DNA from: a bacterium
Lineage (GTDB): Bacteria; Hinthialibacterota; Hinthialibacteria; Hinthialibacterales; JAKPRU01
Assembly (NCBI GenBank): GCA_035430965.1
Contig: DAOMHQ010000001.1
Location: 16,338 to 73,635, forward strand
DNA length: 57,298 bases
Direction: 5' to 3'
Shown here: positions 9,608 through 17,368 of the stretch, one piece after another
Position numbering within the stretch: the first letter of the stretch is position 1
Layout of the letters: each line of letters begins with the position of its first letter
Program-made: the position numbers and the translations under genes
The notes under the pieces: model-generated
Told to the model about the DNA's origin: nothing
Database searches by the model: none
What the model saw: the letters and a program-made list of their open reading frames with translations, nothing else

Positions 9608-11361
9608 GATTTCTCCTCAACAACCTGAATCGCGCCCAATTCGCACACCTGCCGACATAAGTCGCACCCGACACACAGGATCGGGTCGATATACTTCCCG
9701 TTATCCCCTTCACGAATTGCGGGGCATCCCAACTCCATGCAATTCCCACAATCCGTGCAGAGATCCAAGTCGATTCGATAGGGTGTTCTGCGTCCCCGTT
9801 CGACCAGGACGCAGGAGGTTTTCACAATAATGACAGAAGGTTCCCGCCGGACCAATGCTTCTTTGATTGTCCGCCGGACAAGGTCGAGGTTGTATGCGCC
9901 GATCGTATGGGCATCTTTCACGCCCAAGGCTCTGCACAGTGCCTCCAGATCCACGGCGGGCGCAGGAGTTCCGTCCAAACGAAATCCGGTTCCAGGATGG
10001 TGCTGGCGACCCGTCATGGCCGTGGTGGAATTATCCAGGATGATCGTCGTCGTTGATCCTCCATTATAGACGATATCCAATAAGGAGGTGATCCCGGAGT
10101 GCAGGAACGTGGAGTCGCCGATCACGGCGACGGTGGTCTCCGAGGCGGACGGCCCGTGCGCTTTTTCAATCCCGAACGCATGAGAGACCCCGCCGCCCAT
10201 GTTCACGCAGGTGTGCATGGCACTCAGGGGCGGCAGTGCTCCCAGGGTATAGCAGCCGATATCGCCGGTCACTTCGACGCCGAGTTCCTTCAGGACAGCA
10301 AATGTGGATCGGTGCGGACACCCCGGACACATCACCGGCGGGGCAGGGGGTGGCCCTTCTGATGCTGAAATCTCGCAAACCGGTTTCCCAAGCATCCTGG
10401 CGACCCTGTCCGGGTCCAGCTCGCCCAATTTCCATGACGATCCCAGGTCTTCCACTTCAATCCCCAGGGCACGGACCTGGTCCGTCAGATAGGTATCGAG
10501 TTCTTCAATGACAAAGACTTTCTCATGATTTTCTGCAAACCGGTTCACGGATTCATCTGGGAACGGATGGGTCATCACCAGTCGAAGGATATCGAAATCC
10601 GGGGCGATCTCGCGGACGTATTGGTAACAGACGCCGGAGGTGATTACTCCCGTCTTCCCGTCTCCGGTTCCTTTTTCGCCGAGAACCCATTTTTCGGTCT
10701 CGCGCCGAAGGCCGGCAAGCCGCTCCAACTTAATCGCCGCCCGTTGTCGTGCAAAGGACGGCAGCATGACATACTTCGGAGGTGAGAGCGGGACCCGTTC
10801 GAGAGCGGGACGTGTTTCCGGTTCCTGCAACTCCACAATGCCTTTGGAATGCGAAATACGCGTGGTCACTCGCAGCAGCACAGGGGTATCGAATCGTTCG
10901 CTCAGGTTGAATGCTTCTCGCGTAAGACGGCGGGCTTCCTCGCTATCGCACGGTTCGAACATGGGAATTCCTGCGAAACGCGCGAAAAAGCGGTTGTCCT
11001 GCTCATTCTGGGAGCTATGCATCCCCGGATCGTCCGCCGTGACAATCACCATGCCGCCCCCCACTCCGGTATAAGCCAGTGTCATGAGCGGATCGGCGGC
11101 CACATTCAGGCCCACGTGTTTCATCGTGACAATGGCCCGCGCACCGGAAAACGAAGCCCCGGAGGCAACTTCGAGAGCGACTTTTTCGTTCACAGACCAT
11201 TCCACACTCACCCCCGGGTAATTTCGCAGGTTCTCCAGGATCTCGGTGCTGGGGGTACCGGGATAAGCTGTGCCGACCCGCACTCCGGCCTCATACGCGC
11301 CCCGCGCAATAGCCTCATTGCCGGATAAAAGGGCCTGATTCTTTCGAGCGGATTCATTCAT
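9604..11361 (-). CDS. iorA: Indolepyruvate:ferredoxin oxidoreductase subunit alpha (TPP and 2x[4Fe-4S])
   Basis: 585 aa. N-terminal LLSGNEAIARGAYEAGV..YPGTPSTEI. TPP-binding GDSTF..H. C-terminal CxxCxxCxxxCP ferredoxin motifs (CTDCGNCMELGCP, CVGCDLCRQVC). Confidence 0.9.
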   Translation of the reverse strand: MNESARKNQALLSGNEAIARGAYEAGVRVGTAYPGTPSTEILENLRNYPGVSVEWSVNEKVALEVASGASFSGARAIVTMKHVGLNVAADPLMTLAYTGVGGGMVIVTADDPGMHSSQNEQDNRFFARFAGIPMFEPCDSEEARRLTREAFNLSERFDTPVLLRVTTRISHSKGIVELQEPETRPALERVPLSPPKYVMLPSFARQRAAIKLERLAGLRRETEKWVLGEKGTGDGKTGVITSGVCYQYVREIAPDFDILRLVMTHPFPDESVNRFAENHEKVFVIEELDTYLTDQVRALGIEVEDLGSSWKLGELDPDRVARMLGKPVCEISASEGPPPAPPVMCPGCPHRSTFAVLKELGVEVTGDIGCYTLGALPPLSAMHTCVNMGGGVSHAFGIEKAHGPSASETTVAVIGDSTFLHSGITSLLDIVYNGGSTTTIILDNSTTAMTGRQHHPGTGFRLDGTPAPAVDLEALCRALGVKDAHTIGAYNLDLVRRTIKEALVRREPSVIIVKTSCVLVERGRRTPYRIDLDLCTDCGNCMELGCPAIREGDNGKYIDPILCVGCDLCRQVCELGAIQVVEEKS

Positions 11362-11491
11362 GATTTTGATTGTAACTCTATTGCCGGACTCAACTTATCG
11401 GTGCAGCCGGTATTCGAGAATGAAAACTTCCATAGACCGAGTTTGAAACGATACGCGAAGAATAGGGGAGGATCAAGTAAACCGGGATGGG

Positions 11492-11659
11492 TTATGCTGT
11501 GCCTTCGAGAGAAACTGCCAGGCAGCCTTCTATCGCTTCGTGAAGGTTGGACATCAGATCTTCCAGAGTTTCCCCCTCCGTGGCACAACCGGGTATTGCG
11601 GTGACTTCAGCCCAATAGCCCCCCTCCTCTGTCTCATGAATGACGACCTTGATTTTCAT
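11492..11659 (-). CDS. hicB: HicB-like antitoxin domain protein (UPF0150), 55 aa, not in supplied ORF track
   Basis: Own translation of the minus strand: MKIKVVIHETEEGGYWAEVTAIPGCATEGETLEDLMSNLHEAIEGCLAVSLEGTA*. The G-Y-x-A-x-V-x-x-x-PGC-x-T-x-G-x-T-x-E-E/D pattern is the HicB N-domain signature. No hicA next to it. Confidence 0.7.
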   Translation of the reverse strand: MKIKVVIHETEEGGYWAEVTAIPGCATEGETLEDLMSNLHEAIEGCLAVSLEGTA

Positions 11660-11791
11660 TGCACACCTCATACCGTTGGCGCGATATGTCTTAAGTTATC
11701 ATGAAAAGAGCGGATCAGGAGAGTCTCGACTCACTTGGAGGTGAATTCTATTTGTGGTGTAGTATTCCAATGATTCCAAAAGGAGGAGGCT

Positions 11792-12382
11792 ATGTCAGAG
11801 AGAAAACATCTTGCATTTACGCTCATCGAACTTCTGATTGTTGTAGCGATTATCGGTATTCTCGCCGCAATCGCCGTCCCCAATTTCATGAACGCTCGGG
11901 TCCGCGCGAAAGTCTCCCGGGCTGAGAGCGATCAACGTACCATTTCAATGGCCTTTGAAAGCTACATGCTGGATAGGGGAACGTACCCCTATACCCGCGC
12001 AACAAGCGCGAACGACTTCTTGGGATACACGGCCTTAACCACGCCGGTCGCATACCTGAATTCGATTCTGTCCGATCCATTTGCGACGATTCCCATGAAG
12101 GATGTCGCCGATGCATACGATCCCTATTATGAGTTCTACTGCACCCGGATGAATGGTGCTTCCAATAATATGTTCAATATCGAATGCGTCGGCCCCGATG
12201 GGGTGGACAGTTTCAATCCCACCAGCAGCTATCCGTATTGTCCTTCCAATTTCGAGTTCTATGACGCCAGCAATGGGACCATCAGTTACGGCGATATTCT
12301 CCGGGCAGGCGGCGCCTATATGCCCCGGTGGTATCGCGAACGTCAAGGTGCGTCGGTGGCGCAGGGAGAGGATTGGCTGTAA
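11792..12382 (+). CDS. Prepilin-type N-terminal cleavage/methylation domain protein (type II secretion/type IV pilus pseudopilin)
   Basis: aaaggaggagg RBS. N-terminus MSERKHLAFTLIELLIVVAIIGILAAIAVPNF is the classic prepilin peptidase/methylation motif. Confidence 0.85.
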   Translation: MSERKHLAFTLIELLIVVAIIGILAAIAVPNFMNARVRAKVSRAESDQRTISMAFESYMLDRGTYPYTRATSANDFLGYTALTTPVAYLNSILSDPFATIPMKDVADAYDPYYEFYCTRMNGASNNMFNIECVGPDGVDSFNPTSSYPYCPSNFEFYDASNGTISYGDILRAGGAYMPRWYRERQGASVAQGEDWL

Positions 12383-12437
12383 CAGATGTTGTATGGCCGC
12401 TGTCGGATTCATGGCCCAATGGTATGGGAATTCGGGG

Positions 12438-12466
12438 CTGGATTTCGGCTTTCGCCGGAATGACAG
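12438..12466 (+). repeat. Family-C short hairpin repeat, copy 1
   Basis: ctggaTTTCGGC-tttc-GCCGGAAtgacag. Near-identical to 43215-43243 (ctggaTTCCGGC-ttcc-GCCGGAAtgacgg). Confidence 0.7.
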
Positions 12467-12539
12467 TGGGGCGGATGGGGTAAGGTAGGTGGGATCGCCC
12501 GGCATCGGGAGGCGCCTGGATTTTGGTGGATAGGAGACC

Positions 12540-13394
12540 GTGATGAAAGTATTTGCAGTTGTGCTTGTTTGGTTTACGGCCTGCTTGCATGTGGCGATTG
12601 CGGGCGGTTCGGCGGATCAATCGCCGCTGCCGCTTCCGGAGAGAGGAATCTGCGCCCATCGAGGGGCGATGAGTACTCATCCGGAAAACACATTGCCCGC
12701 CTTTCTCGAAGCGATTCATGTCGGGGTGCACATGATCGAATTCGATGTTTGCCTGTCCAAAGACGGTCAATTGGTCATTCTGCACGACGCCACAGTGGAT
12801 CGGACAACCGACGGTACGGGAAATGTTTCGGAACTCACACTTGCGGAGATAAAGAAACTGGACGCCGGGATAAAAAAGGGCAAGGAATTCGAGGGAATTC
12901 GTATCCCAACTTTTACGGAGACTCTGTCGATTATGCCGGACAATGTCTGGCTGAACGTCCATTTGAAGGGAGGAAAAGAACTCGGCGCCAAAACGGCGGA
13001 GATTATTGTGAAAGAGAAGCGCCTTCACCAGGCGTTTCTTGCCTGCGGTTCCGAGACGGCGCGGGGCGCCAGGCGGATTCATCCGGATATCATGATCTGC
13101 AATATGGACCGGCAGAGCGATTCCATGGATTATGCAAACGCGACCATCGAAAGCGGCGCGCAGTTTATCCAACTTCTCGGAAAGGGTGAGGTATCGAAAG
13201 AGGCGCTATCCAAACTGAAACAGCATGGAATTCGCATCAATTATTATGTCGCGGATACGCCCGACATGGTGCGCGATCTCCTCAAGGCGGGCGTCGATTT
13301 TCCACTGGTAAACAATCCGGGGCTTATGATGAAGGCCGCCGTGGAGATGGGGATTCCACCGCTGCAACCGGTATTCCGCCTGGAAACCAACTGA
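12540..13394 (+). CDS. Glycerophosphodiester phosphodiesterase (GDPD family), secreted
   Basis: Signal peptide, then ICAHRGAMSTHPENTLPAF..IEFDV..SKDGQLVILHD.TVDRTTDG, the canonical GDPD catalytic motifs. GTG 12540 or ATG 12543 after the AGGAG RBS. Confidence 0.9.
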   Translation: MMKVFAVVLVWFTACLHVAIAGGSADQSPLPLPERGICAHRGAMSTHPENTLPAFLEAIHVGVHMIEFDVCLSKDGQLVILHDATVDRTTDGTGNVSELTLAEIKKLDAGIKKGKEFEGIRIPTFTETLSIMPDNVWLNVHLKGGKELGAKTAEIIVKEKRLHQAFLACGSETARGARRIHPDIMICNMDRQSDSMDYANATIESGAQFIQLLGKGEVSKEALSKLKQHGIRINYYVADTPDMVRDLLKAGVDFPLVNNPGLMMKAAVEMGIPPLQPVFRLETN

Positions 13395-13454
13395 CAATTA
13401 TACACGGGCTTCCGGCAAGCCTGAGTATGCTGATCGTCAGTCCGGGATGGGGGA

Positions 13455-13907
13455 TTATGCGTGATCCTGTTGCCTGCCGGAACCTGTCTTGTCTCCAAGA
13501 CGGACTTCTGTTCGGAGATCCACTTCCAGGGCGTCCATAACCTCAATAATGCGCTCCAATTTGGCGGATTGGTATCCTGTTGCTTCGTACTTCTGAACTT
13601 GCTGAGGTTTTACATCCAATTTCTTAGCAAGGTCCTTTTGCGTATATCCTTTGGCAATTCGCGCCTTGACGAGAATATCCGGTAGGTCTCGGATGGAATG
13701 CAGAGGGGTTAACGAAACGCCGTGAAGGTCCTCGAACTCCTTCATCTCTGCCCGCAGTTCATCTATCTGGGATTGAATTCCGGCCATCATAGCCTGATAT
13801 GCCTTCGGGGATATTCTCTCTCTCACACTCCTGCCGGCTTCCATGGCCTTTTCAAGCCTTGAGATTTGTCCTTTTGTCACTTTATATTGATGCTCATTTC
13901 GGATCAT
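13455..13907 (-). CDS. XRE-family helix-turn-helix protein with N-terminal coiled-coil extension (putative antitoxin/regulator)
   Basis: 150 aa. C-terminal half LVKARIAKGYTQKDLAKKLDVKPQQVQKYEATGYQSAKLERI is a typical Cro/C1 HTH. ATGA overlap (13904-13907) with the upstream nucleotidyltransferase gene. Confidence 0.75.
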   Translation of the reverse strand: MIRNEHQYKVTKGQISRLEKAMEAGRSVRERISPKAYQAMMAGIQSQIDELRAEMKEFEDLHGVSLTPLHSIRDLPDILVKARIAKGYTQKDLAKKLDVKPQQVQKYEATGYQSAKLERIIEVMDALEVDLRTEVRLGDKTGSGRQQDHA

Positions 13908-14374
13908 GTCAGGTCCTCGATTTCAAGAAACAGTATCCCTTTTCGGTTTCCATTTCGATCTACTTGGAAGAACTCTTCCACGGTTCCACCGGCAGCCTCT
14001 TGATCGACAAGCCGGGTTCCGCTAATGAGAAAATCGACGCCATATTTCGTTTTCATGGCCTCTCTGGGAGGATTCGTATCCACAAAGACTGGGTCCAATA
14101 TGCTTTCGTCCAAGTTCGGTTCCATTTCCCAACAACCGTCAATGTCCTTGGGATTTTCTTTGCGAGTCACGAAACTCCCATCGATCCATACGCGTCGGAT
14201 ACCCGCTTTTGCGAGATTCGTAAGAGCCTCTTTCAATCCTGCAAACAGCATTCTCCGGTGCGCATTCCATGCGAATGTCCTCTCAACATCCTCCAGGCTC
14301 ACGAAATGGACACCTGGCGACAGATTCCCGTTCGAGTCAAACTTGGCTGATAATTCAGCATCACTGAATGACAT
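13904..14374 (-). CDS. Minimal Pol-beta-fold nucleotidyltransferase-like protein (DUF6932-like)
   Basis: 156 aa. IDGS-FVTRKENPK-DIDG matches hG[GS]-x9-D-h-[DE] of the Pol-beta NTase superfamily. N-terminal NGNLSPGVHFVSLEDVERTF..HRR motif recalled from a DUF family (from memory, not searched). Confidence 0.6.
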   Translation of the reverse strand: MSFSDAELSAKFDSNGNLSPGVHFVSLEDVERTFAWNAHRRMLFAGLKEALTNLAKAGIRRVWIDGSFVTRKENPKDIDGCWEMEPNLDESILDPVFVDTNPPREAMKTKYGVDFLISGTRLVDQEAAGGTVEEFFQVDRNGNRKGILFLEIEDLT

Positions 14375-14378
14375 GTTT

Positions 14379-14384
14379 ATTATA
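14379..14384 (-). promoter_or_regulatory. Perfect TATAAT -10 box only 4 nt upstream of the NTase ATG (possible leaderless transcript)
   Basis: Minus strand reads ...ttgcattgaggTATAATaaacATG. No Shine-Dalgarno between box and start. -35 is weak. Confidence 0.35.
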
Positions 14385-14487
14385 CCTCAATGCAACAAAA
14401 AAGGAATACCATGTCCCAACACAACTCTATCATTGTCTTGCTATTGATATCAGCCTTATGTTGATTTGGAATTGCTCCCCCATCTCA

Positions 14488-16185
14488 TCAAAACGCCTCC
14501 ACAAGATCATCCATTCGGTCTTTGCGAATCAGGAAACGGCAGAAAACGCCATACCAGGTCCAGTCATCGGGGATTTTGTCGGTGATCTGTTCCAGGGGGA
14601 CATAATTCTCATTCAGGTAGTCCAGCATAAACGGGGCCTGTTCGCGGACCAGGTCCATCCCCCGCGTAATGCTTTCCCCCTCCGCAGCGCCCAGGATCAG
14701 AACGACCGGCCTGCGTGTGCGTAAATCCGATAGGAACTCCTCGTGGAACCGTTCGGGGATGAACTCGCGCAGTTTGGCTTTGAACAAAGGCGCATTGTGA
14801 TAATAGCGGGACCCCGGAAGGCGATGGGCCACAATATAGACCGAATTGGGCGATTTGCCCAGCAGAAGGATTCGATCTTCCGGTAGAGTCACCCGGCGAA
14901 CCCCATCCGCGACGGCATTCTGCAAAACAATCGGGCCACGCTCCCTTTTCTGCATTTGAACCAGGCGGATCACATCTCTCCCATATCCATACACAGCCGT
15001 CGCGGTGAGTACCCCAAGAATAGCAACAAGCACCATACGTCCAAGGCGTAGCCGAATCCCCGGAATCTGACGGTTGCGAAGATCTGTCTCAACCGCCTGG
15101 ACCAACAGCCCGATCAGCAGACAGGACGATACAGCAGCCTGGACATAATAATGCTCATAGTCCTCCCCGCTCAGCTCGGCGGAACAGAGATCCAGGGCGA
15201 ACAGTAGAATCAACGGAACCAGGAATCGCCTGGCGGGGAATCGCGATTTCCCCAAGGCTCCAAAGGCCAGAATGGGGGCAGCCAAATACGGTCCTGTGTT
15301 CAGTAGGAATTGAAACAGTTGCTCAAAAGTCCGCCGCCCGACCGGCGGGGCATTCCCCCCATGGATATAGGCAAAATTGAACAGGTAGCTCGTCTCAAAA
15401 TAGACCCACCACGCCCCGTACAAAAGGAAATAGAGTGAGACCAGCATTTCCGGAAGGATCAGGCCCAGAAGGAAAGAACCAATGTGTTGCAGATGCGTTT
15501 TGGGAGCACTTTCACTCCAAATTATCCATAGGAAGACGATTGCCGAGAGCAAAAATGTCTGTCGGAATTGGCCTGCCATGCCAAGGCAGATACCCGCGAG
15601 GAGGGACGTAAGCAAGGTGGTTCCACTTCCCTCACCCCGACCCTCTCCCGGAGGGAGTGGGAGACTCTCTGACGAAGTTCCGTTGCGTTTCGGCGGCGCG
15701 AATATCAGGAAATAGGCCAGTACAAGCCACGGGAGCGCCAATTCCTCGGTCAGACCTCCCGACCGGATGGTTACGGGGGCACTGGTGTAGAACACATAAA
15801 AGGCCAAGGTGACTGTTGCCGTAACCGACGAAAAGAGCCGTCGGCACAGGAGCAAAAACAGGCTTGCAGACAGGGCGATCCAGATTATTTCGTGAATCTT
15901 CACCGCAAGTCGGCTGAATGGAAAGACACGCAGCGGGATGGAGTGGAAATAGAATATTCCCGGTGGCTTATGATCCCAGAAATCCCGGTACGGCAGTTCC
16001 CCCGCGGCGCATGCCTGTGCCCCGGCGAGAAACAGCCCCTCATCGTGCAGTATCGGCGAGAGCAGGGTATGCGAGCGCAGCACTCCATAAGCCAGGAAAA
16101 CGGCAACGTAAATCCACAAAAAGCGCCGAAAGGGAGTCAATGGTCTGCCTCGTGAGATAACAGTATCCCCCACAAACTCCCTCAC
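14488..16185 (-). CDS. GT-C fold membrane glycosyltransferase (ArnT/PMT_2, GT39/GT83-like)
   Basis: 565 aa, about 12 predicted TM segments. N-terminal DEGLFLAGAQACAAGELPYRDFWDHKPPGIFY matches the DE..Y...G..pY.d.wdhKpP motif of the family. Start uncertain: the listed GTG 16185 lies inside a repeat copy. Confidence 0.7.
   Translation of the reverse strand: MREFVGDTVISRGRPLTPFRRFLWIYVAVFLAYGVLRSHTLLSPILHDEGLFLAGAQACAAGELPYRDFWDHKPPGIFYFHSIPLRVFPFSRLAVKIHEIIWIALSASLFLLLCRRLFSSVTATVTLAFYVFYTSAPVTIRSGGLTEELALPWLVLAYFLIFAPPKRNGTSSESLPLPPGEGRGEGSGTTLLTSLLAGICLGMAGQFRQTFLLSAIVFLWIIWSESAPKTHLQHIGSFLLGLILPEMLVSLYFLLYGAWWVYFETSYLFNFAYIHGGNAPPVGRRTFEQLFQFLLNTGPYLAAPILAFGALGKSRFPARRFLVPLILLFALDLCSAELSGEDYEHYYVQAAVSSCLLIGLLVQAVETDLRNRQIPGIRLRLGRMVLVAILGVLTATAVYGYGRDVIRLVQMQKRERGPIVLQNAVADGVRRVTLPEDRILLLGKSPNSVYIVAHRLPGSRYYHNAPLFKAKLREFIPERFHEEFLSDLRTRRPVVLILGAAEGESITRGMDLVREQAPFMLDYLNENYVPLEQITDKIPDDWTWYGVFCRFLIRKDRMDDLVEAF
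15629..15663 (-). repeat. Family-A repeat, copy 3, inside the glycosyltransferase CDS (in frame)
   Basis: Plus strand ccCTCACCCCgaCCCTCTCCC-gga-GGGAGtGGGag. Translated in the gene frame as [18 protein letters not shown] between two hydrophobic segments. Confidence 0.85.
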
Positions 16186-16213
16186 CCCAACCCTCTCCCG
16201 GAGGGAGAGGGAG
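16179..16213 (-). repeat. Family-A repeat, copy 4
   Basis: ccCTCACCCCaaCCCTCTCCC-gga-GGGAGAGGGag at the 5' boundary of the glycosyltransferase ORF. Confidence 0.85.
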
Positions 16214-16272
16214 AAGGCGAGCGAGTAGGGCTCAAGCCCGTCCGCGGGCTAGCCCACCAATAATTGCCCTAC

Positions 16273-17340
16273 CTACGGCTTTCCTGTTATCCCCATAACC
16301 TTAACCAGGTATTGATAGTCGATTAGATCCAGTGGAGTCCGGGTGTAATCCTCCACGGGCTTGCTGTCCAAATGGTCTTTTGCGATCCGTACTCCGTATG
16401 CTCCCATGAGTTCGGGATGCTGTTCGATAGTGGCGAACATTTTTCCCTGGAGAATGGCCTGTTGAGCGGCTTCCAGGTTGTCATAGGCTGTAACGGCGAC
16501 CTCGCCGGTTTTTCCCGCCGCTTCCAGGGCGGCGATTGCACCAAGAGCCATGTTGTCGTTCGCGCAGAAAAGGCCGCGAAGGTTCGGATGCGCAGTCAGG
16601 ATATTCGAGGTAACATTGAATGCCTGCTCGGTCTCCCAGTTTGCGGTCTGGCTGGCCACGAGTTTGATACCGGGAACATGTTCGATCACGGAAAGAAATC
16701 CGGCTTTGCGCAGCTCAGCGTTGGTCACACCGGGGATACCCTCCAGCATGGCGATTTCTCCCACTGCTCCCATTCTCGCGACCAGGGCATAAGTCGCAAT
16801 GGAGGAACCTAACTGGTTATCCGAACCGACAAACGGGCAGGCAAATCCCTGCTGTTTCGTAGCGTCCTTGTCGAGCGGATTGTCAATGTTGACTACATAG
16901 ATTCCTTCCGACTGCGCAAGTTTCAGCACGGGGACCAGGCCCTGGGAGCTGGCCGGAGCAATGACAATGGCATCCACCTGCTTGACAATGAAATCCTCAA
17001 CCAGGCCGATCTGCTTGTCGATATCCGTTTCCCGCTCCACCGAGGCCGGAAGAAGCGTGACGCCCAGTTTCTCCGCTTCCGTTTTTGCACCTTGCTCCAT
17101 GGCATGGAAGAAGGGATTGGTGACCGCCTTCATCACCAGGGCGATTCGGTAACTCTTTGCGTCAGCTTCATTACTGAAGCCGCACAGCACTATTCCACAA
17201 AATAAAATAATTCCGAGTATGAAACCTGCGCGACCAATGACTTGAGAAAGGAAGCGTAGTCCCCGATCTGTCATCGCGAGGAGCAGTCCGGAGTCTGCGA
17301 CGGTCTGCGACGTGGCGATCTCAGGCTTGCACATTTCCAC
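16273..17340 (-). CDS. Sugar ABC transporter substrate-binding protein (RbsB-like)
   Basis: KSYRIALVMKAVTNPFFHAMEQGAKTEAEKLG..VDAIVIAP..VVNIDN typical of ribose-type binding proteins. GTG 17340 has GGAGG 9 nt upstream. The alternative ATG 17274 lies within a family-B repeat. Confidence 0.8.
   Translation of the reverse strand: MEMCKPEIATSQTVADSGLLLAMTDRGLRFLSQVIGRAGFILGIILFCGIVLCGFSNEADAKSYRIALVMKAVTNPFFHAMEQGAKTEAEKLGVTLLPASVERETDIDKQIGLVEDFIVKQVDAIVIAPASSQGLVPVLKLAQSEGIYVVNIDNPLDKDATKQQGFACPFVGSDNQLGSSIATYALVARMGAVGEIAMLEGIPGVTNAELRKAGFLSVIEHVPGIKLVASQTANWETEQAFNVTSNILTAHPNLRGLFCANDNMALGAIAALEAAGKTGEVAVTAYDNLEAAQQAILQGKMFATIEQHPELMGAYGVRIAKDHLDSKPVEDYTRTPLDLIDYQYLVKVMGITGKP
17270..17328 (+). 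repeat. Family-B ~59-nt structured repeat, long form, copy 1
   Basis: gtcatcgcgaggagcAGTccggagtctgcgaCGGTCTgcgacgtggcgatctcaggctt. Same length and termini as 42603-42661. Confidence 0.85.
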
Positions 17341-17368
17341 AGTGGGAAACCTCCGTGTGTGTTGTCTA

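Noticed and set aside
11358-11588. 76-aa minus-strand ORF from the track behind iorA
   Set aside because: No recognisable motif. A different frame gives a convincing 55-aa HicB-like protein (11492-11659) covering the same DNA.
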